Below are positions 27,137 through 34,985 of a DNA stretch of 64,000 nucleotides, piece after piece. Under the pieces are notes generated by a model, which had not been told where the DNA came from, did no database searches, and saw nothing but the letters and a program-made list of their open reading frames with translations. Origin of the DNA: Minisyncoccota bacterium (lineage in GTDB: Bacteria > Patescibacteriota > Minisyncoccia > Phycocordibacterales > Phycocordibacteraceae). The translations under genes and the position numbers were made by a program. The first letter of the stretch is position 1; every line of letters starts with the position of its first letter. The DNA is taken from the NCBI GenBank assembly GCA_041664265.1, contig JBAYLD010000003.1, forward strand, positions 7,988-71,987, read 5' to 3'.

Positions 27137-28350
27137 ATCGCCGATGAAAGCTGGTAAATCGGCGCAATCATCGCGACGGCGAAGATGCCGACGAAGATGC
27201 CGATGAGGATCATAAGGATGGGCTCAATGATAGTCGAGAGGTCTTTTGTCTTCTGAGCCACGTCTTCTTCGTAAAACTCTGCGACCTGCTTCAGCATCTC
27301 GGCGACCTTGCCGGTCTCCTCGCCCACGTTGAGCATGTCGCTCATAAGGATCGGATACAGTCTCGTGTGCTCGGAGAACGCCAGAGAGAGCGGTTCTCCC
27401 TTTTTGACATGGACCTCTGCCTCCGCGACCACTGTCGCGAATGGTTCCGTGTGCACGACCTCTCGAGTGATAGAGAGGGCGCCGAGTACCGGCACGCCCG
27501 CCGAGAGGAGCGAGGAGAGCGTGCGCGAGGCGCGCGCTGTGTACGTCTCGCGCACAAGTTCGCCGATGACCGGCAGGTGGAGCGCTGTCGCAGTCACGAG
27601 CCTGCTCCCACTTCTGGATCGGACAAAGACGACGGCACCCGCGACGAGTGCGATGAGGGTTCCCACAGCGAGAGAAACATGAGACACCATGAAGTTCGAG
27701 AGGGCGACGATAACACGCGTCGCGAGCGGCACCTCTACTCCAAGCGCCGTGAAGGTGCTGGTCAGAGTCGGTACGACATAGATGAGCATGAGGATGCCGA
27801 CGATGACCACAGCGGTGATGACGATTATCGGATAGATCATCGCGCCTTTTATCTTCCGCACCAACTCTTCAGAGCGTTCCATTTGGAGTGCGACGACCGA
27901 GAGGGATTCGGCCAGAGATCCGGACTCTTCTCCTGCGCGCGCCATCGCGGCGAACAACTCGGGGAACACTCTCGGATACAGCGCCAAGGCCTCGTGGAAT
28001 GACGAGCCCTTCTTAACGGACTCAGAGAGTCCTGCGGCGATTGCCTTCAAATGTTTGTTGCTGGATTGCCGCTCGATAACCGACAGGGCTCGAGAGATCG
28101 AGAGGCCGGCGGAGAGCATCGCGGATAGATTTTTAGCGGTGCGGATTATCTCGATGCGCTTCACGCCGGTCCCGATCGATATGTTGAAGCGAGAAAACAC
28201 GTCAAGAACGCGTCCGCTCTGCTCCTCGATCGAGGCGACAAACCCGCCCTCGTTCCTCACCAGGTCGTATACCTCAAAGCGCGAGGGTGCTTCGACGATG
28301 CGTGTCTCATCGGGTACCCCATCCTTCCGTATCGTAACGCGGAATTTCAT
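27133..28350 (-). CDS. pilC: Type IV pilus assembly platform protein PilC (GspF family)
   Basis: Two GspF repeats, 3 TM, 405 aa. Confidence 0.9.
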   Translation of the reverse strand: MKFRVTIRKDGVPDETRIVEAPSRFEVYDLVRNEGGFVASIEEQSGRVLDVFSRFNISIGTGVKRIEIIRTAKNLSAMLSAGLSISRALSVIERQSSNKHLKAIAAGLSESVKKGSSFHEALALYPRVFPELFAAMARAGEESGSLAESLSVVALQMERSEELVRKIKGAMIYPIIVITAVVIVGILMLIYVVPTLTSTFTALGVEVPLATRVIVALSNFMVSHVSLAVGTLIALVAGAVVFVRSRSGSRLVTATALHLPVIGELVRETYTARASRTLSSLLSAGVPVLGALSITREVVHTEPFATVVAEAEVHVKKGEPLSLAFSEHTRLYPILMSDMLNVGEETGKVAEMLKQVAEFYEEDVAQKTKDLSTIIEPILMILIGIFVGIFAVAMIAPIYQLSSAI

Positions 28351-28351
28351 A

Positions 28352-30100
28352 TCATTCGGTTACGGCGCGGAGGACTTCTTCGAGGCTGGTGATGCCACGC
28401 GCGGCCTTATAGAGGCCGTCCTGAAGCATTGTGAGCATCCCCTCTTTCTTCGCCTGGGCCTCCAGCGCATCGCTCGTGCTCGCATGGAGCATGATCTCGC
28501 GGATGGCAGGCGAGACGGCCATAACCTCATGGATGCCGATGCGGCTCTTATATCCGCTCTCGCATTCGCTTGAGGGCAGCGGCCGATAAAAACGGAGGTC
28601 GTCGAGGCGGGATTCTCTCGTAATCAATTTTTCGTCTTGCAGGGCTTTGAACGCGACGGCGAAGTCGGCATCGCTTGCGATCTTCGCGCGCATTGCTGCG
28701 TCAAGCGCATATTCTTCCTTGCCCTCGACGAGCTTCCTTACCAGCCGCTGCCCGATGATGACGCGAACCGTTGAGGCCAAGAGGAACGGTTCGACGCCCA
28801 TGTCGATAAGGCGCGGGATCGCGCCAGCGGCGCTGTTGGTGTGGATGGTAGAGAGCACCAAGTGGCCGGTGAGGGCGGCATTGATCGCGAGCGAGGCGGT
28901 CTCGCCATCGCGGATCTCGCCGACCATGATGATGTCCGGGTCTTGACGCACGAGCGAGCGCAACCCGTTGGCAAAGGTAAATCCGATTTGGGGGTTCACC
29001 TGCGTCTGGTTGACGCGCTTCATCTGGTATTCGATCGGATCCTCGATCGTTGAGATGTTCACGTCCGGCTGGTTCAAGATGTCGAGCATTGTGTAGAGCG
29101 TGGTCGTCTTCCCTGACCCGGTCGGCCCCGAGATGAGGATAATACCGGTTGTCTGTTTGAGAGCGTTGTGGATGCGCTCCATGTTCTCGCCATGCAGGCC
29201 GAGCACCTCGAGCGTAAAGCCTTCGCCCGTCTCGCGCAGGAGGCGCATCACGGTCTTCTCGCCGAAGAACGTTGGGAGGATAGACACGCGGAACGAGACG
29301 CGATCAGCCTCGGTCTCCATCTTGAACCGGCCGTCCTGTGGGAGGCGCTTCTCGTCTAATTTCAGGTTTGAGAGTACCTTGATGCGCGCGACGATGCCTG
29401 CCGCTGTTGCCTTCGGTAGAGTCATCGCGTCGTGGAGGATGCCGTCGATGCGATAGCGGACGAGCACTTCAGCCTCCATAGGCTCAATATGGATGTCAGA
29501 AGCGCCTTGCACGATTGCATGCCGCAGGAGCGTGTCCACGATGCGCACGATCGGCAGATCCTCGGCCATCTTCTTCAAGTCCTCGTTTGAGAGATCCTTG
29601 TTGCCCTCTGCGATGACGCTAATTTTTCCCGCCTCAGCCGATATGATGTCGCCGAACTCGTCCTTGAGCGATTTCTGGTATTGCAGGAGCGTGTACTTAA
29701 TGCTCTCGGTGTCGGTGAGCCGCGGCAATATCTTGAGGCCCGTCTTCTTGCGCACCGAATCAATGGAGGCGAGATCTTCAACATCGAGCATCGCCACCTC
29801 AAGAGAGTCATCGGTCTTCTTAAACGCGATAATGTTGTGCGTGCGCGCGATCGGCTCCGGGATAAGCGCGAGAGCGTCAATGGGGACGCGATGCTCCTTC
29901 AGATTTACGAACGGGATGCCGAGTACATAGGCCTGGATGCGCCGCAATGCATCCTCGGTAATCGAGCCGCGCGAGACGAGAATGTCGCCGAGCGGTTGTT
30001 CCTTTACCCGCGCCTCTTCTACGGCGTCATCAATCTCCTTCTTGGCGACAAGGCCGGAGTCAATAATGAACTCTTTCAGCTCACCATCCGAAACGTGCAT
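28352..30100 (-). CDS. pilB: Type IV pilus assembly ATPase PilB (GspE family)
   Basis: N-terminal GspII_E domain, Walker A GPTGSGKTTT, Asp box, His box, tetracysteine-like CxxC...; start at MHVSDGEL inside ORF 28352-30226. Confidence 0.9.
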   Translation of the reverse strand: MHVSDGELKEFIIDSGLVAKKEIDDAVEEARVKEQPLGDILVSRGSITEDALRRIQAYVLGIPFVNLKEHRVPIDALALIPEPIARTHNIIAFKKTDDSLEVAMLDVEDLASIDSVRKKTGLKILPRLTDTESIKYTLLQYQKSLKDEFGDIISAEAGKISVIAEGNKDLSNEDLKKMAEDLPIVRIVDTLLRHAIVQGASDIHIEPMEAEVLVRYRIDGILHDAMTLPKATAAGIVARIKVLSNLKLDEKRLPQDGRFKMETEADRVSFRVSILPTFFGEKTVMRLLRETGEGFTLEVLGLHGENMERIHNALKQTTGIILISGPTGSGKTTTLYTMLDILNQPDVNISTIEDPIEYQMKRVNQTQVNPQIGFTFANGLRSLVRQDPDIIMVGEIRDGETASLAINAALTGHLVLSTIHTNSAAGAIPRLIDMGVEPFLLASTVRVIIGQRLVRKLVEGKEEYALDAAMRAKIASDADFAVAFKALQDEKLITRESRLDDLRFYRPLPSSECESGYKSRIGIHEVMAVSPAIREIMLHASTSDALEAQAKKEGMLTMLQDGLYKAARGITSLEEVLRAVTE

Positions 30101-30108
30101 ATAGATAA

Positions 30109-30141
30109 AGTATAGCGCGCCGTTGCCTCGGCAATGCGCGC
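30109..30141 (-). promoter_or_regulatory. Predicted pilB promoter -10 TATACT (8 nt before ATG) immediately followed upstream by GC-rich inverted repeat GCGCGCCGTTGCC-tc-GGCAATGCGCGC (possible operator)
   Basis: Seen in sequence; -10 hexamer identical to other predicted promoters in window. Confidence 0.35.
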
Positions 30142-30253
30142 AGTACACATATAATAATAGATAGACGCGGTAATTTTGAAAAAAAGATACTGAGGTGTAC
30201 GATGGCGGTGGATCGTACAAATTCATCGAGTCAACAAGAGAAAGGAGGCTGGC

Positions 30254-30748
30254 ATGATAAAGGTAGCGGAGATTCCCGTCGCAAGGGTTCCGGTATTCAA
30301 CGTCCGGGACAAGTTTCGGGAGGGTGAGGAGGTTGACGGTGTAAGGATTGCGCGAATCGGACCCATCTTTAAACTACGCTTCCTGGGCAAACAGGAGAGG
30401 AGGATTGCCCCGAGCAGGTTGTGGGTGCAGATGCTGCTCGCCGAAGAATCGTCAAGCGTCTCTATTGTCGAAAGACTGGGCAATGTGGAAACACCGATGG
30501 CTCAGTCTTGGGAGGCATTGGCGCTGCAAGGAAAAGGTCAACGAGGGTATCTTCGTGTTGATCTTCCCACCGTCACTTTTTCTTTCGACACAAAGGGGGA
30601 CCTTTGTTCCTGGTATGTCCGGTGGCTTCCAGAAGCGAAGGGGTGGTATGTTGGGGCCACACCCATCGATAGCCCAAATTCTTTGTGGGAAAGGGGAGCT
30701 CAAGTCTTGTCGCGCCCTCCTTCTTTCCAAATGTTGCTTAACAACTGA
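30254..30748 (+). CDS. Hypothetical protein (164 aa), divergent from pilB
   Basis: Strong SD AAAGGAGG 6 nt upstream of ATG; no recognisable motif. Confidence 0.6.
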   Translation: MIKVAEIPVARVPVFNVRDKFREGEEVDGVRIARIGPIFKLRFLGKQERRIAPSRLWVQMLLAEESSSVSIVERLGNVETPMAQSWEALALQGKGQRGYLRVDLPTVTFSFDTKGDLCSWYVRWLPEAKGWYVGATPIDSPNSLWERGAQVLSRPPSFQMLLNN

Positions 30749-30756
30749 TCCCCGAA

Positions 30757-30807
30757 CCCTCCGTCCCCGTGCCACCTCGGCACCGGAACGGAGGGTTTTG
30801 TCTTTTT
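30757..30807 (+). terminator. Rho-independent terminator (CCCTCCGTCCCCGTGCC-acctc-GGCACCGGAACGGAGGG + TTTTGTCTTTTTT)
   Basis: Long GC stem and T-run directly after stop of 30254-30748. Confidence 0.75.
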
Positions 30808-30822
30808 TACAGGCTATCCACA

Positions 30823-30896
30823 ACTTGTCGCTATAGCGACAAGTCTTGGATACCTACCTCGCATGAGCTTGACAAAATAGCCGAGTCGTGTATACT
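30823..30896 (+). promoter_or_regulatory. Promoter module 1: 20-bp palindrome CTTGTCGCTATAGCGACAAG, shared 17-mer GACAAGTCTTGGATACC (30837-30853), -35 TTGACA (30868-30873), 16-nt spacer, -10 TATACT (30890-30895)
   Basis: Consensus sigma70-like hexamers with optimal spacing; near-identical module at 31998-32062. Confidence 0.6.
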
Positions 30897-31068
30897 GGTG
30901 GTAGTTAGGTCTTTGACAGGTTCAACTACCGTTTGCCGTAGCAGAAAGTGGCTTATTTACTAGCTTTTAGGCCAAAAATAAGCAATTGTCTGCTATGGCA
31001 AACCCGCCAAGCCCCCACAATCTCGGGCAGAGGGATACTTTCGGCAATCAGCCGAGAAGGAGAGCACA

Positions 31069-31650
31069 ATGAAATACGGAGAATTGAATTTAGGTCAAAT
31101 CGAGGCAATCGTGAACAAACTGGGCGGCATGGAAGGCGTTCAGCGCTTTCTCGCTGGTAATTCCGAAGTAGTTGAGAAGAATCTCGCCATTTCTGAAGTA
31201 TTCCGCCTCACGGTCGACTACGGCAAATCGTTTGAGCAGATGATTGCCGCAGGTGACTATGACTGGAAGAACGACGACATCACCGCGAAGCGATTCCCTA
31301 TCGAGGGAGAAGGCATTGCCGAATTCGAGGCACGCTATTTCCACTCCAACCGCAATATTTCCTCGGAAGACGCGGTGAAGGAGATCGAGTCGGCAGATGC
31401 GGAAAATCCGTGGATGCCCGCCAAGATCGAACACGTGCTTTCGCACGGGGCTACATTCCCCGAAGAACAGCGCAAGTTCCCGATCATCGGCCTTGGCTCG
31501 GTCGCGGGGGTCGTTGGCAGCCGCAGCGTGCCGTGCCTCTTCGGGGACGGTTCCGAGCGGCGCCTCGACCTGGGTTGGTGGCGCAGCGGCTGCGGCGTCT
31601 GGGGTTCGCGCTTTCGGTCCCTCGCCGTTCGCAAGGTCTCTGTACCTTAG
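31069..31650 (+). CDS. Hypothetical protein (193 aa by ORF track; C-terminal ~70 aa lie in a GC-rich region open in all three frames, so true 3' end uncertain)
   Basis: SD AAGGAG 8 nt upstream of ATG; ~170-nt 5' leader from promoter module 1; no recognisable motif. Confidence 0.5.
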   Translation: MKYGELNLGQIEAIVNKLGGMEGVQRFLAGNSEVVEKNLAISEVFRLTVDYGKSFEQMIAAGDYDWKNDDITAKRFPIEGEGIAEFEARYFHSNRNISSEDAVKEIESADAENPWMPAKIEHVLSHGATFPEEQRKFPIIGLGSVAGVVGSRSVPCLFGDGSERRLDLGWWRSGCGVWGSRFRSLAVRKVSVP

Positions 31651-31703
31651 GCTTCGGAAATTGTCCCTTGGACCCTTGGATCCTTTGAACCTTTTAACTA
31701 AAA

Positions 31704-31733
31704 CCCTCGCACTTCACGGTGCGGGGGTTTTCT
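31704..31733 (+). terminator. Rho-independent terminator (CCCTCGCAC-ttcacg-GTGCGGGGG + TTTTC)
   Basis: Seen in sequence downstream of 31069-31650. Confidence 0.65.
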
Positions 31734-31970
31734 CATACACTAATGAACGACAAACGAAAAATCCGCGGTTACGGCTTCGGGTAGTTTGTCCGCAAGCCCG
31801 AGGGTGAGAATTCAAATGGTTACGGCTGTCTGGAGAGTGTCTTCGGGTCCGTCTCAAAAAACAGAGACAGTTGGTGAGAGGCGCTGGCGACACATAAGGT
31901 CGCAAATACGATTCAACCCGGAGAATATTCAATGGGTGGTGGTACGGATGGCGCTTCTCACAAAGCTTGC

Positions 31971-31993
31971 CATACATAGGGCTGCCCTATGTA
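31971..31993. repeat. 23-nt hairpin CATACATAGGGCTGCCCTATGTA, identical to 9686-9708
   Basis: Exact repeat seen in sequence. Confidence 0.8.
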
Positions 31994-31997
31994 GTGG

Positions 31998-32062
31998 GAC
32001 AAGTCTTGGATACCCTATGTCCAGGGCTTTTTTGTTGACACACATGGCTCGTTTGGTATACT
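31998..32062 (+). promoter_or_regulatory. Promoter module 2: 17-mer GACAAGTCTTGGATACC (31998-32014), -35 TTGACA (32035-32040), 16-nt spacer, -10 TATACT (32057-32062), upstream of nusA
   Basis: Identical hexamers, spacing and upstream 17-mer as module 1. Confidence 0.6.
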
Positions 32063-32078
32063 TGCCGGTATCAGAAAT

Positions 32079-32100
32079 GCCCCATAGGGGCTTTCTTTTT
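32079..32100 (+). promoter_or_regulatory. Terminator-like hairpin GCCCCATAGGGGC + TTTCTTTTT located between predicted promoter and nusA ATG (possible leader attenuator)
   Basis: Seen in sequence 17 nt after -10 and 28 nt before nusA start. Confidence 0.4.
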
Positions 32101-32127
32101 AACAAAGTGCGAACATACATATTCCAT

Positions 32128-33519
32128 ATGATTGACCTAAAAACCATCAATGCAGTGCTCGGAGAGTTCGAGGATCGGGGCATCAGCCGCGAGACGATGA
32201 TCGAGGCTATCGAGAGCGCTATGGCGACCGCCTACAAGCGCGAATACGGCAAGCGCGGGCAGGTCGTGCGCGCCAAGCTCGACCTCAACACGGGCACGAT
32301 GCAGTTTGAACAGGTGAAGACGGTGGTGGACGACACCACGGTGCGCTTCCCTGCCCCCGATGAAGAGCTTCTCGATGAACACACACATACGCACTCATTT
32401 CATAGTGAAGAAGAACAGGTGGCTGAGGGCGAGTTGCCTCGCTTTGACTCTGAGAAGCATATCCTCCTTGCCGACGCGAAGCTGATCAAGCGCGGCACCA
32501 TGGTTGGTGAAGAGATCATCTTCCCTCTTGAGCCGCAGGACGACTTCGGCCGCATCGCGGCGCAAACCGCCAAGCAGGTGGTGATCCAAAAGGTGCGCGA
32601 GGCAGAGAAGCTCTCGATGATGGAGGAGTTTAGCGAGAAGAAGGGCCAGATCGTGAGCGGCATCGTGCAGCGCATGGAGCGCGGCGCGATCTTTGTCGAT
32701 CTCGGCCGTACGACCGGCATCATCCCCTACGAGGAGCAGATCCCCGGCGAGCGGTACCGCATGGGCGAGCGCATTCGCGCCTACCTCTATGCGGTGGATG
32801 AAGGCTTCCGTGGCGTCTACTTGCGCCTCTCTCGTGCGCATCCGAAGTTCGTCGTGAAGCTCTTTGAGCTCGAGGCGCCCGAGCTCGCAAGTGGCGCGAT
32901 TGAGGTCAGGGCGCTCGCGCGGGAGCCCGGCAGCCGTACCAAAATCGCCCTTGCTTCGCGCGAAGCGCATGTGGATCCTGTCGGCTCTCTTGTCGGTCAG
33001 CGAGGTGTGCGCGTCTCGACCGTGATGAGCGAGCTCGGCGGTGAGCGCATCGACATCATCGAGTGGAACGACGACCCGAAGGAGTTTGTGAAGGAAGCGC
33101 TCTCTCCCGCGACACCGCTTGAGGTGGTGCTTGATGAGGCGGATCATCGCGCGACCGTGACGGTCGCTGAAGATGAACAATCGCTCGCGATCGGCCGTGG
33201 CGGCCAGAACGTCCGCCTCGCGGCGAAGCTCACCGGTTGGAACATCGACATCATCTCTGCCGGCGGTAATGAGATCGCAGAGTCGGACGGCGACTCGGTC
33301 GTTGTCGCGACTGACGGCGACTCAGTTCTCGTTGAGGCTGGCACCGAGAACCCTGCAGAGACGATGGGTGTGATGCCAACCGAGAGCTTCACGGCTGTTG
33401 TCGAGAACGATCCGGAAACGTCTGAACTCCCTGCGGAGGAAGAGCTCGCGACACTCCCTGCAAGCGACGAGACGGTCGCTGACGCAGAAGAAGATCGCGA
33501 TCCAGCAAAAGACGAATAA
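32128..33519 (+). CDS. nusA: Transcription termination/antitermination factor NusA with acidic C-terminal tail
   Basis: MIDLKTINAVL start, S1 and two KH domains (GxxG), start at internal Met of ORF 31786-33519. Confidence 0.95.
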   Translation: MIDLKTINAVLGEFEDRGISRETMIEAIESAMATAYKREYGKRGQVVRAKLDLNTGTMQFEQVKTVVDDTTVRFPAPDEELLDEHTHTHSFHSEEEQVAEGELPRFDSEKHILLADAKLIKRGTMVGEEIIFPLEPQDDFGRIAAQTAKQVVIQKVREAEKLSMMEEFSEKKGQIVSGIVQRMERGAIFVDLGRTTGIIPYEEQIPGERYRMGERIRAYLYAVDEGFRGVYLRLSRAHPKFVVKLFELEAPELASGAIEVRALAREPGSRTKIALASREAHVDPVGSLVGQRGVRVSTVMSELGGERIDIIEWNDDPKEFVKEALSPATPLEVVLDEADHRATVTVAEDEQSLAIGRGGQNVRLAAKLTGWNIDIISAGGNEIAESDGDSVVVATDGDSVLVEAGTENPAETMGVMPTESFTAVVENDPETSELPAEEELATLPASDETVADAEEDRDPAKDE

Positions 33520-33546
33520 AATACTGGTAAGGTATACTACACGCAT

Positions 33547-34065
33547 ATGAACTTACTGCATGATGTAAACGCGGGCACGAAGGAGTGCATGAACGTTATT
33601 GTTGAAATCAACAAGGGTTCGAAGAATAAATATGAAATAGATAAAGAGACCGGCCTTATCGCGCTTGATCGGGTTGCGCACACCTCCCAAGACTTCCCCT
33701 TTGACTACGGCTTTGTCCCGCAGACACTCTGGGACGATGGTGATGCACTCGATGTCATCATGCTCACTACCTATCCGCTCTTGTCCGGCATCTTAGTCCG
33801 GGTGCGTCCAGTCGCACTGATGAAAATGATCGATAGTGGCGACTGTGATGATAAGGTCATCGCTGTTCCTTGTGACGATCCGCGCTGGAAGGGGGTGCAA
33901 GATTTGAAGGATATTAACCCCCACACGCTGAAGGAAATAGAACATTTCTACTCGACGTACAAAAAATTGCAAGACAAAGAGGTTAGCGTAACCGGTTTTG
34001 AAGAAAAGTCCGCAGCCGAGGCCGCGTTCGAGAAGGGCCGCACGATGTATCGCGAAAAGAAGTAA
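33547..34065 (+). CDS. ppa: Inorganic pyrophosphatase (family I)
   Basis: DFPFDYGFVPQTLWDDGDALDV active-site region. Confidence 0.9.
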   Translation: MNLLHDVNAGTKECMNVIVEINKGSKNKYEIDKETGLIALDRVAHTSQDFPFDYGFVPQTLWDDGDALDVIMLTTYPLLSGILVRVRPVALMKMIDSGDCDDKVIAVPCDDPRWKGVQDLKDINPHTLKEIEHFYSTYKKLQDKEVSVTGFEEKSAAEAAFEKGRTMYREKK

Positions 34066-34067
34066 CT

Positions 34068-34262
34068 ATGGAAAACGAACCGACTATCCCTCCCGCACCG
34101 CCGCCCGCCATTCCCGCAGCAGTCCCCTCGCGAAAGGCGCAGTCCTGGGGCGCATTCATCTCGATTATCGTCATCGTGCTCATGATCATCATCGGCGCGT
34201 TCTATGCGTGGGGACAGCGAATTTCGGAGAGTAATTTACCAATTGAATCAACTATTCCATAA
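34068..34262 (+). CDS. Small Pro-rich membrane protein (64 aa, one TM)
   Basis: ORF with TM helix [20 protein letters not shown]; tightly packed between ppa and clpP. Confidence 0.4.
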   Translation: MENEPTIPPAPPPAIPAAVPSRKAQSWGAFISIIVIVLMIIIGAFYAWGQRISESNLPIESTIP

Positions 34263-34264
34263 CT

Positions 34265-34840
34265 ATGAACCTTATTCCGATGGTCGTTGAGAAGAGCCAG
34301 TTCGGCGAGCGTGCCTATGACATCTACTCGCGCCTGCTCAAAGACCGTATCGTCTTCTTGGGCGGGCCGATTGATGACGACACGGCGAATCTCGTCATCG
34401 CCCAGCTCCTCTTCCTTGAGGCGGAGGACCCAAAGAAGGACATTCTGCTCTACATCAATTCACCCGGTGGCTCGGTCACCGCGACCTTGGCGATGGTCGA
34501 CACGATGAACCACGTGAAGCCGGCCGTCTCGACGGTCTGTGTGGGCATGGCGGCGTCGGGCGGAGCGATCCTTCTCTCTGCAGGTGAGAAGGGTAAGCGC
34601 TACGCGCTCCCGAACTCTGAGATCATGATCCACCAGCCCCACGGCGGCGCTGAGGGCCAGGCGACCGATATCGAGATCACCGCGAAGCAGATCTTAAAGC
34701 TCCGCGAACGCCTCAACAAGATGCTCGCCAAGAACACCGACCAACCGCTCGAGAAGATCGAGAAGGATGTCGAGCGCGACTTCTTCATGACCGCTGATGA
34801 AGCCAAAAAATACGGCATTATCGATCAGGTGTATAAATAG
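34265..34840 (+). CDS. clpP: ATP-dependent Clp protease proteolytic subunit
   Basis: Ser-His-Asp triad context [14 protein letters not shown]; 191 aa. Confidence 0.95.
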   Translation: MNLIPMVVEKSQFGERAYDIYSRLLKDRIVFLGGPIDDDTANLVIAQLLFLEAEDPKKDILLYINSPGGSVTATLAMVDTMNHVKPAVSTVCVGMAASGGAILLSAGEKGKRYALPNSEIMIHQPHGGAEGQATDIEITAKQILKLRERLNKMLAKNTDQPLEKIEKDVERDFFMTADEAKKYGIIDQVYK

Positions 34841-34841
34841 T

Positions 34842-34896
34842 GGACAAGTCAGACTTGTCCAAACAAAAACCCGCCCTCAGGCGGGGTTTTGTGTTT
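34842..34896 (+). terminator. Palindrome GGACAAGTCAGACTTGTCC followed by rho-independent terminator (CCCGCC-ctcag-GCGGGG + TTTTGTGTTT)
   Basis: Seen in sequence directly after clpP stop. Confidence 0.7.
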
Positions 34897-34985
34897 CGTG
34901 ATAGAGTTCGCCCATACTGATTCGCTGATTGACTGATACGAAAGTTGCGCTGTTTTGACTCTTTACTTTTAACTACTGGGCGCTT

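Noticed and set aside
30823-30842. Palindrome CTTGTCGCTATAGCGACAAG as a restriction-modification recognition site cluster
   Set aside because: Palindromic 10-mers under RM pressure are usually depleted, not enriched; enrichment with conserved flanks fits a repeat element or regulator site better.
31786-32127. N-terminal 114-aa extension of the nusA ORF (MSASPRV...)
   Set aside because: Extension spans a consensus promoter, a terminator-like hairpin and repeat elements; NusA homology begins at MIDLKTINAVL (32128).
32395-33180. 261-aa minus-strand ORF antisense to nusA
   Set aside because: nusA clearly coding on plus strand; antisense product is low complexity.
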